A DNA stretch of 64,000 nt from a virus (IMGVR_UViG_3300026521_000571), one strand, 5' to 3'. Positions 35,326 through 44,995 are shown, counted from the first letter of the stretch. Numbers and translations are program-made. Notes: generated by a model not told the origin, from the sequence alone.

Positions 35326-37829
35326 TTTTCTTCCTTTAAAATTTTAATTATTTTTCTTCTTAGTGTCGGAACATCTAGATTGTGTTCACCATTTTCGTGA
35401 ATCTGTTTCAATGCCTCAAGAACCTTAAATTCTTCAGCAATATGTAGTGATTTTTTGACCAGTATCTCTTTCTCTTTGGTGAATCCTCCTTTTTTTTGAT
35501 TCAAGTAATATTTATTAACTTTGTGTTCGATTCCTCTTACTCTTTTCCAAAAACTATACCAAGGTGTTTTTAATTTAAACATTATTGGTGATTGACCATC
35601 GTTTGTGTTATCTTCGAACACAAAGCCTTCAAAGCCATCGTCAATAAATAATGGTTGTCTTTTATACTGGTTTATAAAAGCACTTAAATCCAATGAATTG
35701 TGTAGTTTATCTACGATTTCTTTTACAGGTGCGCCTATATAAACACTATTAAAATCCAATAAACCTTCGTAACTCATTTTTTTGAAGTTCAATTCATTAT
35801 AGATAATATCTAATAGAATCGCTTGCCCTTCAGGATACCCAACGATATGTGGATCTTTGACCGGATCAATAATTTCAAATACCAATGTAGCATTGAGTTC
35901 TTGCAATTTTATTAAAAGATTCGGAGTCAAGAAATCTTTCGTATGTTCTCGAACCATATCTGGATAATCACCTTTTATAGTACTTTTGCTTGCGAAGAAC
36001 CATTTGCCATTTCTAACAGATACTAAACCGAGAAAACCATTAGGTTTATCGAACACGCTAACTGGATAGTTTAAGCTTTCAAAATCAGCTGGTGTTAATC
36101 CCATTCGCTCATTGAGGTTAAAGAATTTATTATAACCACGGGCCACTATTTCGATCGGATTGTTTTGAGTTAAAAATAAACCTCTAGCTCTTAAAGTTAT
36201 ATCCGACCAGTGGCCTTTTTGAAAGACAGATGATTTAAAATTTACACTTTCGATTTTTTCATCACCTTCTTCAAAATATAATTCTTTGCATACAGTTCCT
36301 TGATCAGTTTTGAGTTCTTCTAGAACCTTTTGATGTTCTTCTTCTGGAATTATGTCGACAGCGAAAGCCGCACTTTTTTTAAGACGTCGAGTTCTTAAAC
36401 ACTCTTTTGTCTTTTCTGTCGGCTCTTGATTGATAATCCTTATGTTTGAGTTATTTATAACACAAGCTCGAATACCAATGCTAACATCACCATTTAAGTT
36501 GATTAATGGAAAAGTATCCATAGCCTCTTTATTCTCTGGATTTCTATGGCCCGAGAATTGGATGACATTTTGAGTCCTCTCTTTGAATACATTGGCTATT
36601 TCATATATGTCTTCATATACTCCAATTCCATTTATAAGTTCATTAGCTGGTGTCACAAGATTTGGAACACTCGGAGTTCCGGTGTGGTTCGAGTACAAAT
36701 GAACTCTTTTACCTTGAAATATAAAAGAAGAGATTCTATAAGGAACCATTTTTCGCCAGATTTTCATAAGATCATTTCTAGTTATATGACTCAACATTAG
36801 AATCAACATTGATCTTCTTGCACTAAATCTAATGTTTTTTACATCTGTTGCTGTTGCACTATCAACATTTATAAATTCTTTCTTTTTGAAAAGAGTCCAA
36901 AATAACTCATAACGCAATTCTTTTAAAAGATCTTCATCCAGAATTCTATGAAGTTTATCAATATCTCTATACGCTGCAATCTTGCCGAATCCTTTTTGCT
37001 CCAAGAAAATATTGATATGAGGGAGAGCTGCTTTATATAAACTCTTAAAATATATCATAGAGCCTTCGTGATTGCCTTGAATCAATTGACAATTATGATT
37101 ATCAATCAAATCTAAAAGAATTGTTGCTGTTTCAACAATACTCTTTGCGCTTGGACCTCGATCAAAATAATCACCGAGGAATGTTATATTTTTAGGGGCT
37201 TCATTAGATTCCCAATCAACACCAGCTGCCTTTAGAGTTAATTTTAACTCATCAGCACAACCATGAATATCACCAATATATATTTTCTCATGGGTTTCAG
37301 TTTCATCAAAAGCAGTTCCAGAGAACTCATTAGCAAATTCATGTGGTTTTATTACTGAGTACCAATTTGGATGTTCAATCAATTGACTTCTATACCATAG
37401 GGTTTCAATTCGATCATTTGGAACTTTATTGATTGTCCGGTGCCCGTTTCTTTCAAGAAGAGTTTCTAAAGACACATCAGTAAAATCAATACACTTGATT
37501 TGATATCTATGCTCTTCTTTATATTTTTTATAAATTCTTATCGCAGCCTCACGAGTGTGTGTTGCATCAACTACAATCATTTCACCATTTTTAGCTTTCT
37601 GATCTATAATTTTAAAAACCATTTCCCAAACGAGTTCTTCTGAACTCATTGCGTACCGGCGACTTGCGTCAACCTGTTGCTCTGGGAAATTTATCATTTT
37701 CCTAATGTTATCAGGACTCACAACACAGTGTTGCAAAATATCACTACCAAAAATATCTTGTGATGTTTTTTCAATTAATGTTGTTTTTCCTGCGCCAGGA
37801 GCTCCCAGCATAAAATATAAAACTCTCAT
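35322..37829 (-). CDS. Pnkp-like trifunctional RNA repair enzyme: polynucleotide kinase, calcineurin-type phosphatase and a C-terminal RNA-ligase-like adenylyltransferase
   Basis: N-terminal P-loop MLGAPGAGKTT; central GDIHG, GDYFDRG and GNHEG metallophosphatase motifs; C-terminal KxNG lysine motif (FDKPNGFLG) in a ~380-aa domain; order and size (835 aa) mirror bacterial Pnkp. Confidence 0.75.
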   Translation of the reverse strand: MRVLYFMLGAPGAGKTTLIEKTSQDIFGSDILQHCVVSPDNIRKMINFPEQQVDASRRYAMSSEELVWEMVFKIIDQKAKNGEMIVVDATHTREAAIRIYKKYKEEHRYQIKCIDFTDVSLETLLERNGHRTINKVPNDRIETLWYRSQLIEHPNWYSVIKPHEFANEFSGTAFDETETHEKIYIGDIHGCADELKLTLKAAGVDWESNEAPKNITFLGDYFDRGPSAKSIVETATILLDLIDNHNCQLIQGNHEGSMIYFKSLYKAALPHINIFLEQKGFGKIAAYRDIDKLHRILDEDLLKELRYELFWTLFKKKEFINVDSATATDVKNIRFSARRSMLILMLSHITRNDLMKIWRKMVPYRISSFIFQGKRVHLYSNHTGTPSVPNLVTPANELINGIGVYEDIYEIANVFKERTQNVIQFSGHRNPENKEAMDTFPLINLNGDVSIGIRACVINNSNIRIINQEPTEKTKECLRTRRLKKSAAFAVDIIPEEEHQKVLEELKTDQGTVCKELYFEEGDEKIESVNFKSSVFQKGHWSDITLRARGLFLTQNNPIEIVARGYNKFFNLNERMGLTPADFESLNYPVSVFDKPNGFLGLVSVRNGKWFFASKSTIKGDYPDMVREHTKDFLTPNLLIKLQELNATLVFEIIDPVKDPHIVGYPEGQAILLDIIYNELNFKKMSYEGLLDFNSVYIGAPVKEIVDKLHNSLDLSAFINQYKRQPLFIDDGFEGFVFEDNTNDGQSPIMFKLKTPWYSFWKRVRGIEHKVNKYYLNQKKGGFTKEKEILVKKSLHIAEEFKVLEALKQIHENGEHNLDVPTLRRKIIKILKEEK

Positions 37830-38311
37830 TAATCATCACCTGAATCGCTAGAATAACTTGAGCCGCCTGAACCGCTAGAATAACTTGAGCCACCAGAACC
37901 GCTAGAATAACTTGAGCCGCCTGAACCGCTAGAATAACTTGAGCCGCCTGAACCGCTAGAATAACTTGAGCCGCCTGAACCGCTAGAATAACTTGAGCCA
38001 CCAGAATCTATATCACTACTAGAATCGTCAGTTAACATTTCCGCCATTAAAATATGATCCAATATATCATTATCGTCAAGTTCATTCTTAATTTCATTTT
38101 TTGAATTCTGTCTTGACTTTATTTTACGAGCGTCAGATAATTTAACATTTTCAGATTCTGATCCAGATTCAGACCCAGGTTCTAATTTATAAGGTGCTTT
38201 TTTCTTATAAACATGTTTCTCATAAGTGCTTTGTGAAAAAGTAATATAAATCCAGATTCCAATAATAAAAAGAATACCTAAACCCATTAAAACATAATCT
38301 AAAGTTGTCAT
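37829..38311 (-). CDS. Membrane-anchored protein (160 aa) with six tandem GSGGSSYSS repeats at its C-terminus
   Basis: N-terminal TM helix LMGLGILFIIGIWIYITF; coding 27-bp tandem repeat. Confidence 0.55.
   Translation of the reverse strand: MTTLDYVLMGLGILFIIGIWIYITFSQSTYEKHVYKKKAPYKLEPGSESGSESENVKLSDARKIKSRQNSKNEIKNELDDNDILDHILMAEMLTDDSSSDIDSGGSSYSSGSGGSSYSSGSGGSSYSSGSGGSSYSSGSGGSSYSSGSGGSSYSSDSGDD
37846..38007. repeat. 27-bp tandem repeat x6 (cgctagaataacttgagccgcctgaac) encoding the Ser/Gly/Tyr repeats
   Basis: Seen directly; period 27 bp. Confidence 0.85.
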
Positions 38312-38453
38312 CTTTTTCCTTTAATATTTTTAATATTTTAAACATTTTAAACATTTTTAATGTTCACTAGTCTATTTTTAGACACATAGATCTAACCAAA
38401 GTTTAATTATTATTATCTACTCTACATATTTTCCTCCTTATTAAAGATAAATT

Positions 38454-39005
38454 TTATAATAAATTATCATCTGTTTCACTATTATAATTATCAATAATGA
38501 TATCCTCTTCTATTGAAAACCCTTCCGAGTATTCATTTAAAAAATTTCGATAGAACTTGGTGAAAAAAAGTTCATCTATATCCAAATATTCAGGAATAGA
38601 CATAATATTATAAATATTCAATATATTGAAAGTTGTTGCCATATAACCATCTGTCGGATCTTCATAAGTTGTGAGTATCATCCTATGATGATTTAGAAAA
38701 AGAAGATAGTCCTTATTTTCGTGATATGTTCCATCAAAAATAATATTAACAACTCCCATTAAGTTCAAGAATTTAATTATAATTTCATTGACCTTTAAAA
38801 TATGTATTTTATATCTAAATGCGTCTCGATAAATATCGGTAAAATTCAATAAAAAATATTCCTCAGTTAATCTTAAATGATAAGAATCGAAATTATTATC
38901 TGATTTTGCTCGCTCAATATCCCTAACCAATTTAGTAAATTTAAAATAGAGGCTATTCGGAGGATTAAAATCTATTTTTCTTCCAATTGCATTCATCTCT
39001 CTCAT
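38454..39005 (-). CDS. Hypothetical protein (183 aa)
   Basis: ORF. Confidence 0.5.
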   Translation of the reverse strand: MREMNAIGRKIDFNPPNSLYFKFTKLVRDIERAKSDNNFDSYHLRLTEEYFLLNFTDIYRDAFRYKIHILKVNEIIIKFLNLMGVVNIIFDGTYHENKDYLLFLNHHRMILTTYEDPTDGYMATTFNILNIYNIMSIPEYLDIDELFFTKFYRNFLNEYSEGFSIEEDIIIDNYNSETDDNLL

Positions 39006-39017
39006 TTGAGAATCCTC

Positions 39018-39440
39018 TTAAAAATTATTTAAATCTAATAATAAATAAAAAGCTAAACTTATATTTATTATTTTATGGGCGGCTTGATCAACACCAACAT
39101 TAATCCAGAACTCAGTTCTATAAATATTATATGGTTGTGTAGCTTTCCATCGATCAACTATAAAATGACTACATAGGTCAATTAAACTCAATACAACAAT
39201 AGTCAATAAAAGATCAAATGTTAATTGATAAAAGGTATAAGTAAAGGATAGAAATATTGCCAAAAGCCCAAGAGCATTTACTGAACTATGAAGAAATAAA
39301 GGCCAGAACCAGTTTATACTTCGACCTTTATTTTTCCACATGTATTCGAAAGGCATTTGTAAATAAAAATCACAAATCAAATGTTTCAGTTCCAACGAAA
39401 CCATCAGAATAATAATTTCGAATAATTTTAAATCATACAT
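39018..39440 (-). CDS. Integral membrane protein (140 aa, about 4 TM helices)
   Basis: Hydrophobic segments. Confidence 0.5.
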   Translation of the reverse strand: MYDLKLFEIIILMVSLELKHLICDFYLQMPFEYMWKNKGRSINWFWPLFLHSSVNALGLLAIFLSFTYTFYQLTFDLLLTIVVLSLIDLCSHFIVDRWKATQPYNIYRTEFWINVGVDQAAHKIINISLAFYLLLDLNNF

Positions 39441-39466
39441 TATATCTCCATTTTTAAAGGTTAACT

Positions 39467-39769
39467 ATGTTTCATTACAGCAAAGAAAAAAACACAATTA
39501 TAATTGATAGTAATAATTTCGAAGAAAATAAAAATTATCTTCCGTTTCTAGTTGAGTGCTTAAGAAACCTAAACCAGAAAAAATTAATTACTATCAATTT
39601 TTATATCAAGGTTCCTGTTGCTTTTATCTTATATATTTTAAAAATATTAGATTCAACAGAAACCACCAAATTCCAATTAAATATGCTTGAGGGTCAAAAG
39701 GAACTCGAGGAGTTTCTTGAAGCCCAAAAATATTATCCAGATCGTTTAGATTATTCCTTCATTTCTTAA
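39467..39769 (+). CDS. Hypothetical protein (100 aa)
   Basis: ORF on the opposite strand between minus-strand genes. Confidence 0.4.
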   Translation: MFHYSKEKNTIIIDSNNFEENKNYLPFLVECLRNLNQKKLITINFYIKVPVAFILYILKILDSTETTKFQLNMLEGQKELEEFLEAQKYYPDRLDYSFIS

Positions 39770-40330
39770 TTCTTTTTTATTAAGAATTATGAGATAAGCT
39801 TGGAAGAATCCAGAGATTGCTAGGATCAAAAAAGCTATTGTAGCGTTCGGAATCAATACAGCGATTGTTCCTCCCATTATTGCAGCTGTCCCAAAAAAGA
39901 ATTTCTCATAATAAAGAATATCTTTGAAAAGCTCTGGGACTTGCTGGCTCATCAATCCATCATAATCGACAACATACGACCCAATTACCATAGACATCAA
40001 CGACCCAATAATTGAGAGCCCAAAAACAACAGCACTTGTTTCTAGCTCAGGAAGAAATATAATAGTTAAAATATTCTCGATGATAACATACCAGAATATA
40101 AAATTATATTTCTTCTCAAAACTAATGTTTTTTAATAAAAATGCTAGCGTTCCACTAACACTTGAAAGAAGCATTATTCCAGCAAGAGTATTTTTATCCA
40201 ATAGTTGTCCTTGGAGTTTAATCCAAAAAGGGGCGCTCATTGAAGCCATCAGATAATAAATACTAACTCTAAACATTTCAATGAGCACCCATCTCGGGTA
40301 CTCCAAAACTGTCTTCATTCGAGTTCTCAT
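39746..40330 (-). CDS. Integral membrane protein (194 aa)
   Basis: Multiple hydrophobic segments. Confidence 0.5.
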   Translation of the reverse strand: MRTRMKTVLEYPRWVLIEMFRVSIYYLMASMSAPFWIKLQGQLLDKNTLAGIMLLSSVSGTLAFLLKNISFEKKYNFIFWYVIIENILTIIFLPELETSAVVFGLSIIGSLMSMVIGSYVVDYDGLMSQQVPELFKDILYYEKFFFGTAAIMGGTIAVLIPNATIAFLILAISGFFQAYLIILNKKELRNEGII

Positions 40331-40818
40331 TTAAGATTCCCGAAGAAGTCTTTAGATGTCTGGCGCAAAAATATATTTACACCAACATCAGTAACCTCAT
40401 GAAGTAGTTTATCATTTACTTCAAAGCACTTCAAGAACTTCGCAACCTTATGTAGGTTGATATCGAAGTCAGTGTCTGTTGTTGAGCGACGAGCGACTGG
40501 ATCGCGATGTTTTGAGTGATCCTTCCCAGCTTCAGTATCACTCAATTTTATCTTAGTCTTACAATTATCTCCATGATAAAGATAACAAGCATATTTAATT
40601 ATCCAACCTCGATGCATTCCGAAGTCGAATTTAAAAAGCATGCTTTTAGCTTCATTCTCAGAAGCATCCTCAGTGGGTATATAAATACCCGCGAATGGAA
40701 ACCACTCACCTTTTTTACCAGCGGAACCCGTGCTTTTATACATCGGCACAAGTTTTTTACCCACTTGTACCAGAGCGATTTGACGTCGCCCGTATAATAC
40801 TACCCCAACAATTTTCAT
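40327..40818 (-). CDS. Hypothetical protein (163 aa), GC-richer codon usage
   Basis: ORF; composition similar to the adjacent MYG1-like gene. Confidence 0.5.
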   Translation of the reverse strand: MKIVGVVLYGRRQIALVQVGKKLVPMYKSTGSAGKKGEWFPFAGIYIPTEDASENEAKSMLFKFDFGMHRGWIIKYACYLYHGDNCKTKIKLSDTEAGKDHSKHRDPVARRSTTDTDFDINLHKVAKFLKCFEVNDKLLHEVTDVGVNIFLRQTSKDFFGNLK

Positions 40819-40913
40819 CGTTTCTCCTTCAAATAAAAAAAATAAATTAGCCTATTTTAGGCACCTCTAAAGGGTATTTATAAAAGCGCCCCCCGATTGG
40901 CGCTTTATGAAAT

Positions 40914-41750
40914 CTAGACCCCTTCAAGGATGAGATTATCGAGATCCCAATCCTCTTTAGACCACACTGCAAAGAAGCCGTTCGCGTGAACGAACTTAGC
41001 TCCTTTACTTTTTTTAGTGATTACAAGGTGATCTGTGTCCACAGTCACTTTGATCTCTTGGGTTTGTGGGTCGTGGAATATCGACCCTACCACACCTTCG
41101 TGGTAGGCCTGGATATCTTTAAGGCTGACAAACTCACCGACCTCCACAAAAGCCCAATTCCCAACTTTGAGTGGACGAGCTGCTTTTGCTCTCCCCTCAA
41201 AGATTTTCTCTTTTTCAGATCTAGAAGCTGCAGCTGCAGCCTCTAACTCACCAAAGATTTTACCAGCGGCCGGCGAGAAGATTTCACGGATAATTTTCTC
41301 GGCGAAATTCAAGGCCTTCGAGAAGGCCACCTCCTGATCGATGCCCTGGATATCCAGGGCATTTAGATCCCCTAGATACCCTAAATATCGATCCCATGTA
41401 TTATTTGGATCGTAGTTGACGCGAGTATCCCTCGCGTCAACTGCCTTAACTAGGTCAGCCATAACCTCGTTATCATCATCGGTTCCCCATAAATATTCGG
41501 CAACTAGGCCGAATGCGCTTCGACCATATTGCTCATCATCCTTTTGAAAATGATGGTGATCAAATCTAAAAGCAGCCGGATTATAAACACCACCGACATC
41601 TACCACGATATCCGCGGTTTCAATTATCTCATGATTACGAGATCTTACTATCTCGTAATCATGACCAGCAGCTCTAAGAGCAGCTATAGCAAATACTTCG
41701 TCCGCATGGAAAATTCCATTATGAGTTATTAAAGTTTTCATTATATTCAC
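40914..41750 (-). CDS. MYG1 / UPF0160 family metal-dependent hydrolase-like protein
   Basis: N-terminal THNGIFHADEVFA motif characteristic of MYG1/UPF0160; His-rich FDHHHF; GC content visibly higher than genome average. Confidence 0.7.
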   Translation of the reverse strand: MNIMKTLITHNGIFHADEVFAIAALRAAGHDYEIVRSRNHEIIETADIVVDVGGVYNPAAFRFDHHHFQKDDEQYGRSAFGLVAEYLWGTDDDNEVMADLVKAVDARDTRVNYDPNNTWDRYLGYLGDLNALDIQGIDQEVAFSKALNFAEKIIREIFSPAAGKIFGELEAAAAASRSEKEKIFEGRAKAARPLKVGNWAFVEVGEFVSLKDIQAYHEGVVGSIFHDPQTQEIKVTVDTDHLVITKKSKGAKFVHANGFFAVWSKEDWDLDNLILEGV

Positions 41751-41759
41751 CTTATAAGA

Positions 41760-42365
41760 TTACACCCAATGAAAAGGGCTGCAGCATTACCTGCACTATA
41801 ATATGTCTATTATTGACAACTATAAAGAACCTACCCGATGTAAGTTCAATAATATTATTTATATACTAACTGAAGTAATTCTAAAATGGTTTCAATAGAT
41901 TATGTTTTACAAAAGCCAAATGTTTACATCGGCTTGAGTGCGAGTTAACTCGCACTCTTTGAAATAAATTATTTTATGTTTTACAAAAGCCAAATGTTTA
42001 AACCTATTCCAGTTATGTTGGAACATAACTCTTTAAAAAGTTTAAACTTTTTAAAGACAGATGAACTTGGGTTTAAACCCAAGTTCATAACTCTAGTCAA
42101 TTTTTAATTGACTAGATAAAGGAAAATGATTAAAATCATTTTCCGAACTCTTTGAAATAAAATTAGAAAATGATTTATTTATAATAATCATTTTCTTGAA
42201 GACACTATGTTGGTTTATAAACCAACATAGTGTCGAATTATTTAGAAAATACAAAAGCCAAAACGTCCACAACATTTAGAGTTGATTATTACTATTATAT
42301 AAAAATATATTAGCAGTGCTTTAATCATTTAGCATAAAGACCTGACAATATTAAAAGGAAATAAA
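41760..42365. promoter_or_regulatory. 600-bp non-coding divergent hub packed with perfect palindromes and copies of all intergenic repeat families
   Basis: Promoter-like element 41811..41890; GTTTACA motif plus 26-bp palindrome agagtgcgagttaactcgcactct (41935..41961); inverted copy of the window-start element (41975..42040); palindromes aaaagtttaaactttt, gaacttgggtttaaacccaagttc, ctagtcaattttt-aattgactag, ggaaaatgatt-aa-aatcattttcc; ~100-bp element with 34-bp palindrome (42162..42260). Confidence 0.8.
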
Positions 42366-42890
42366 ATGAGTTTTATAGAAACCTTTCAGAACATGTCTGT
42401 TATTTTATTCGAAAAACTGAATCCAAAAAAGATGGTTATTGATCGTGTAACTTTCAAAGGCCTTGAGAAACTACAGAAAAAAGTAGAAAATCAACGGACA
42501 AACCTTAGTAAGAATAATGAAATTATTAAAGAGCTTAGAGTGCAAAAGAACTCTTTAGAAGAAGAATTAAAAGAACTTCAGGAAGTTGTAGAAACAGTTC
42601 GTCCTGAAATAAATAAAGATAAACTCACGAAGTGGTCCAAAAGAGTTAAAGCTATAGGCAAATGTGATATATGTTCAAGCACAGATAATCTTACAGCTCA
42701 TCATCTTTGGGATAAGAAGAATCATCCATCTTTAATTTATCAAGATGAGAATGGAGTGTGTTTATGCACCAAATGCCATAATGCTTTTCATAACACTTAT
42801 ACACAAAAGTCACATTGCACACCGAGTATTTATAATAAATTTAAAATAAAAAGACAAACTGAAATAAATATGGGGTGGATTGATGACTAG
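42366..42890 (+). CDS. HNH endonuclease
   Basis: CDICSSTDNLTAHHLWDKKNHP ... CLCTKCHNAFH (Cys pairs, HH, N and H of the HNH beta-beta-alpha-metal motif). Confidence 0.8.
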   Translation: MSFIETFQNMSVILFEKLNPKKMVIDRVTFKGLEKLQKKVENQRTNLSKNNEIIKELRVQKNSLEEELKELQEVVETVRPEINKDKLTKWSKRVKAIGKCDICSSTDNLTAHHLWDKKNHPSLIYQDENGVCLCTKCHNAFHNTYTQKSHCTPSIYNKFKIKRQTEINMGWIDD

Positions 42891-44553
42891 TTTAATAACA
42901 TTTCAAGAATATATTTCAATTAAGCAGTATGGAAATCTGGATAAAGACTATCCGAAAGTTTCAGAATTTTTAGATAATGCTTGTGTGTTTTATGACTCAA
43001 ACCAAGAATTTTTCGACTGGTTTAAAGTCAGAGAGTTTGAACATAAAGACCCAGCTTATGTTTTAGTACCGAAATTCTTTTGGGAATTTCATAAAAATAT
43101 TCCAGATATGATTCATGTAGAATCTGATCCTCTTAAAAATTATTTTGCAGGTGTACAAGACCATCCAGTTTTTCAACCAGCTGATGCTTTCGAGTGCCCA
43201 GCGACTCCAAGAGAGGAACAGGTACCTCTGATAGAAAAAATTACAAAAGAGTTCCAAAGCACTCAAAGGGTCAATGGAATTATTTCAGCCGCTCCAGGCT
43301 TCGGTAAAACATTCATTAGTATTAAACTATCTGCTTTATTGAATCTAAAAACTTTAATAATAATTCCGAATGAAATTCTAAGTGATCAATGGATTCAAGC
43401 AATAATAAATTTTACTGGTTTGTCTAAAGAAGATATAGGTCTTATAGAAGGCAGTGAGATTAAAGACATTCGAAATGGTCTCGATAAGAAAATTACTTTA
43501 ATTAAAGTCCAGAGTCTCTATAGCCAATTAAAAAGAATTCAGCCCAATAATCTCAAAGAGCTTTATAAAAATATAGGTTTAGTATTTTATGATGAATGTC
43601 ATACGAGTGGCGCAGCCGAAGGTTATGCGAAGACATCAAGTATTTTCACGACGAATAATATCATAGGTTTATCGGCGACACCTTATAGAATTGGCTTAAA
43701 TGATTACCTTATGCAAGTTTCAATCGGCGGTATTCTTTATAGAAGCGAACATAAAAATCTTATTCCTGATTGTGAACTGTATAAATTAAATATCGAATTT
43801 ACAGATAATGAGATTAAAAAACTAGTATCAGTAAGTGGCGATTTTGTAATGTTCAATAGCTTTTTTACAATGTTCCTTGCAAATAAACAACCGTATTTTG
43901 ATTATTTAGCTGATTGGGTTTATTATAATCAAAAGCAGGGACATAAAACTGTCGTTCTTTTTAGCACTAATAAAATGGTTAAAAAATTACACGAAACGTT
44001 TATTAAAAAATACCCAGATTATGATAAAGAAACGACTCTTGTTTTAACAGGAAAAACTAAAAAAGATGTAGCTGATTTGGTTTCAAAAGAGCGAAAAAGG
44101 ATTATGCAAGAATATAAAGCATTTAGAGAGACTCAGGATCAACGAGTTAAAAATAAAGAGATAAAAAGAAAAGAAGCCAACCTAATAATTAAAGAGGAGC
44201 GTAAAAGAATTGATTCCTTGATTGAAGATATAAAAAATAACGCTTATAATTTATACAATCAGAAAAAAGACGCAGCAGATATCATCTTCAGTAATTATAT
44301 ACTCTTGAGTGCTGGCTTTGATAAACCAGAGCTAAGTAATATTATTTATGGTTCACCGAGAATTGGTAAAGTATCAGTAATTCAATCTCTTGGTAGAATT
44401 ACAAGAATCTACGAAGGTAAAAAACAACCTCTAGCTCAGTTTATGCTTCCGGAAGTTTATTTAAGATTTCAAAAATCAGCTCCGGTAATTTTAATTAATA
44501 ATATAAGGATAGAATATGACACAGCTCGAATTAAAAAATTTTACTTCGATTGA
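42880..44553 (+). CDS. Superfamily 2 helicase (DExH-type)
   Basis: Walker A AAPGFGKTF; DExH box VFYDECH; motif III SATPYR; motif VI SLGRITR; charged coiled-coil insertion between the RecA-like domains. Confidence 0.8.
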   Translation: MMTSLITFQEYISIKQYGNLDKDYPKVSEFLDNACVFYDSNQEFFDWFKVREFEHKDPAYVLVPKFFWEFHKNIPDMIHVESDPLKNYFAGVQDHPVFQPADAFECPATPREEQVPLIEKITKEFQSTQRVNGIISAAPGFGKTFISIKLSALLNLKTLIIIPNEILSDQWIQAIINFTGLSKEDIGLIEGSEIKDIRNGLDKKITLIKVQSLYSQLKRIQPNNLKELYKNIGLVFYDECHTSGAAEGYAKTSSIFTTNNIIGLSATPYRIGLNDYLMQVSIGGILYRSEHKNLIPDCELYKLNIEFTDNEIKKLVSVSGDFVMFNSFFTMFLANKQPYFDYLADWVYYNQKQGHKTVVLFSTNKMVKKLHETFIKKYPDYDKETTLVLTGKTKKDVADLVSKERKRIMQEYKAFRETQDQRVKNKEIKRKEANLIIKEERKRIDSLIEDIKNNAYNLYNQKKDAADIIFSNYILLSAGFDKPELSNIIYGSPRIGKVSVIQSLGRITRIYEGKKQPLAQFMLPEVYLRFQKSAPVILINNIRIEYDTARIKKFYFD

Positions 44554-44995
44554 TAAAACACCGAGGCTTCATAAAAGAATACACCTTTTTTTAAAAAGAA
44601 TGTATTTTATTCTGGATAAAGAGATTTGCACAGAAGATGTTCAAAAAGAAGCTTATAAAGAATATCAAGATTTAATACTACTGGGTTTAAGAAATAACCA
44701 AGAAGAGTTCAGTAAGGAATTTTATAAAGTTGCCTTAGCTATGGTAAACAATTTGGTTGATTTAGAAACCAAAACTGAGTTTAGTTTTATTAGATTGAAT
44801 TCTGAAAAACTAAAGGATTTATTCTTAAGTTTTTTAGATGAATTGATAATGAACGCTATTGTTGAATTCGACGGACAAGAAGGTTTTAAACCAACTGTAA
44901 TTTACTATCAAGAGTTATTTTTTCATTCTGGTGAAACGGAATATAAATTATTACAAGATGACATTTCAAATATTTCAATTAAGGATACAATATGA
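44516..44995 (+). CDS. Hypothetical protein (159 aa)
   Basis: ORF overlapping neighbours in an operon. Confidence 0.45.
   Translation: MTQLELKNFTSIDKTPRLHKRIHLFLKRMYFILDKEICTEDVQKEAYKEYQDLILLGLRNNQEEFSKEFYKVALAMVNNLVDLETKTEFSFIRLNSEKLKDLFLSFLDELIMNAIVEFDGQEGFKPTVIYYQELFFHSGETEYKLLQDDISNISIKDTI

Noticed and set aside
37771-38001. Minus-strand ORF AQVILAVQAAQVIL... across the 27-bp tandem repeat
   Set aside because: Alternative frame of the repeat. The annotated frame gives a TM-anchored protein continuous with its upstream sequence, and this one does not.
38417-38438. Start-stop mini-ORF (GGAGGAAAATATGTAG) with a strong SD on the minus strand
   Set aside because: It is probably just part of the conserved 35-nt element. 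The same sequence forms the ordinary C-terminus of gene 14158..14502, so a dedicated start-stop function is unsupported.
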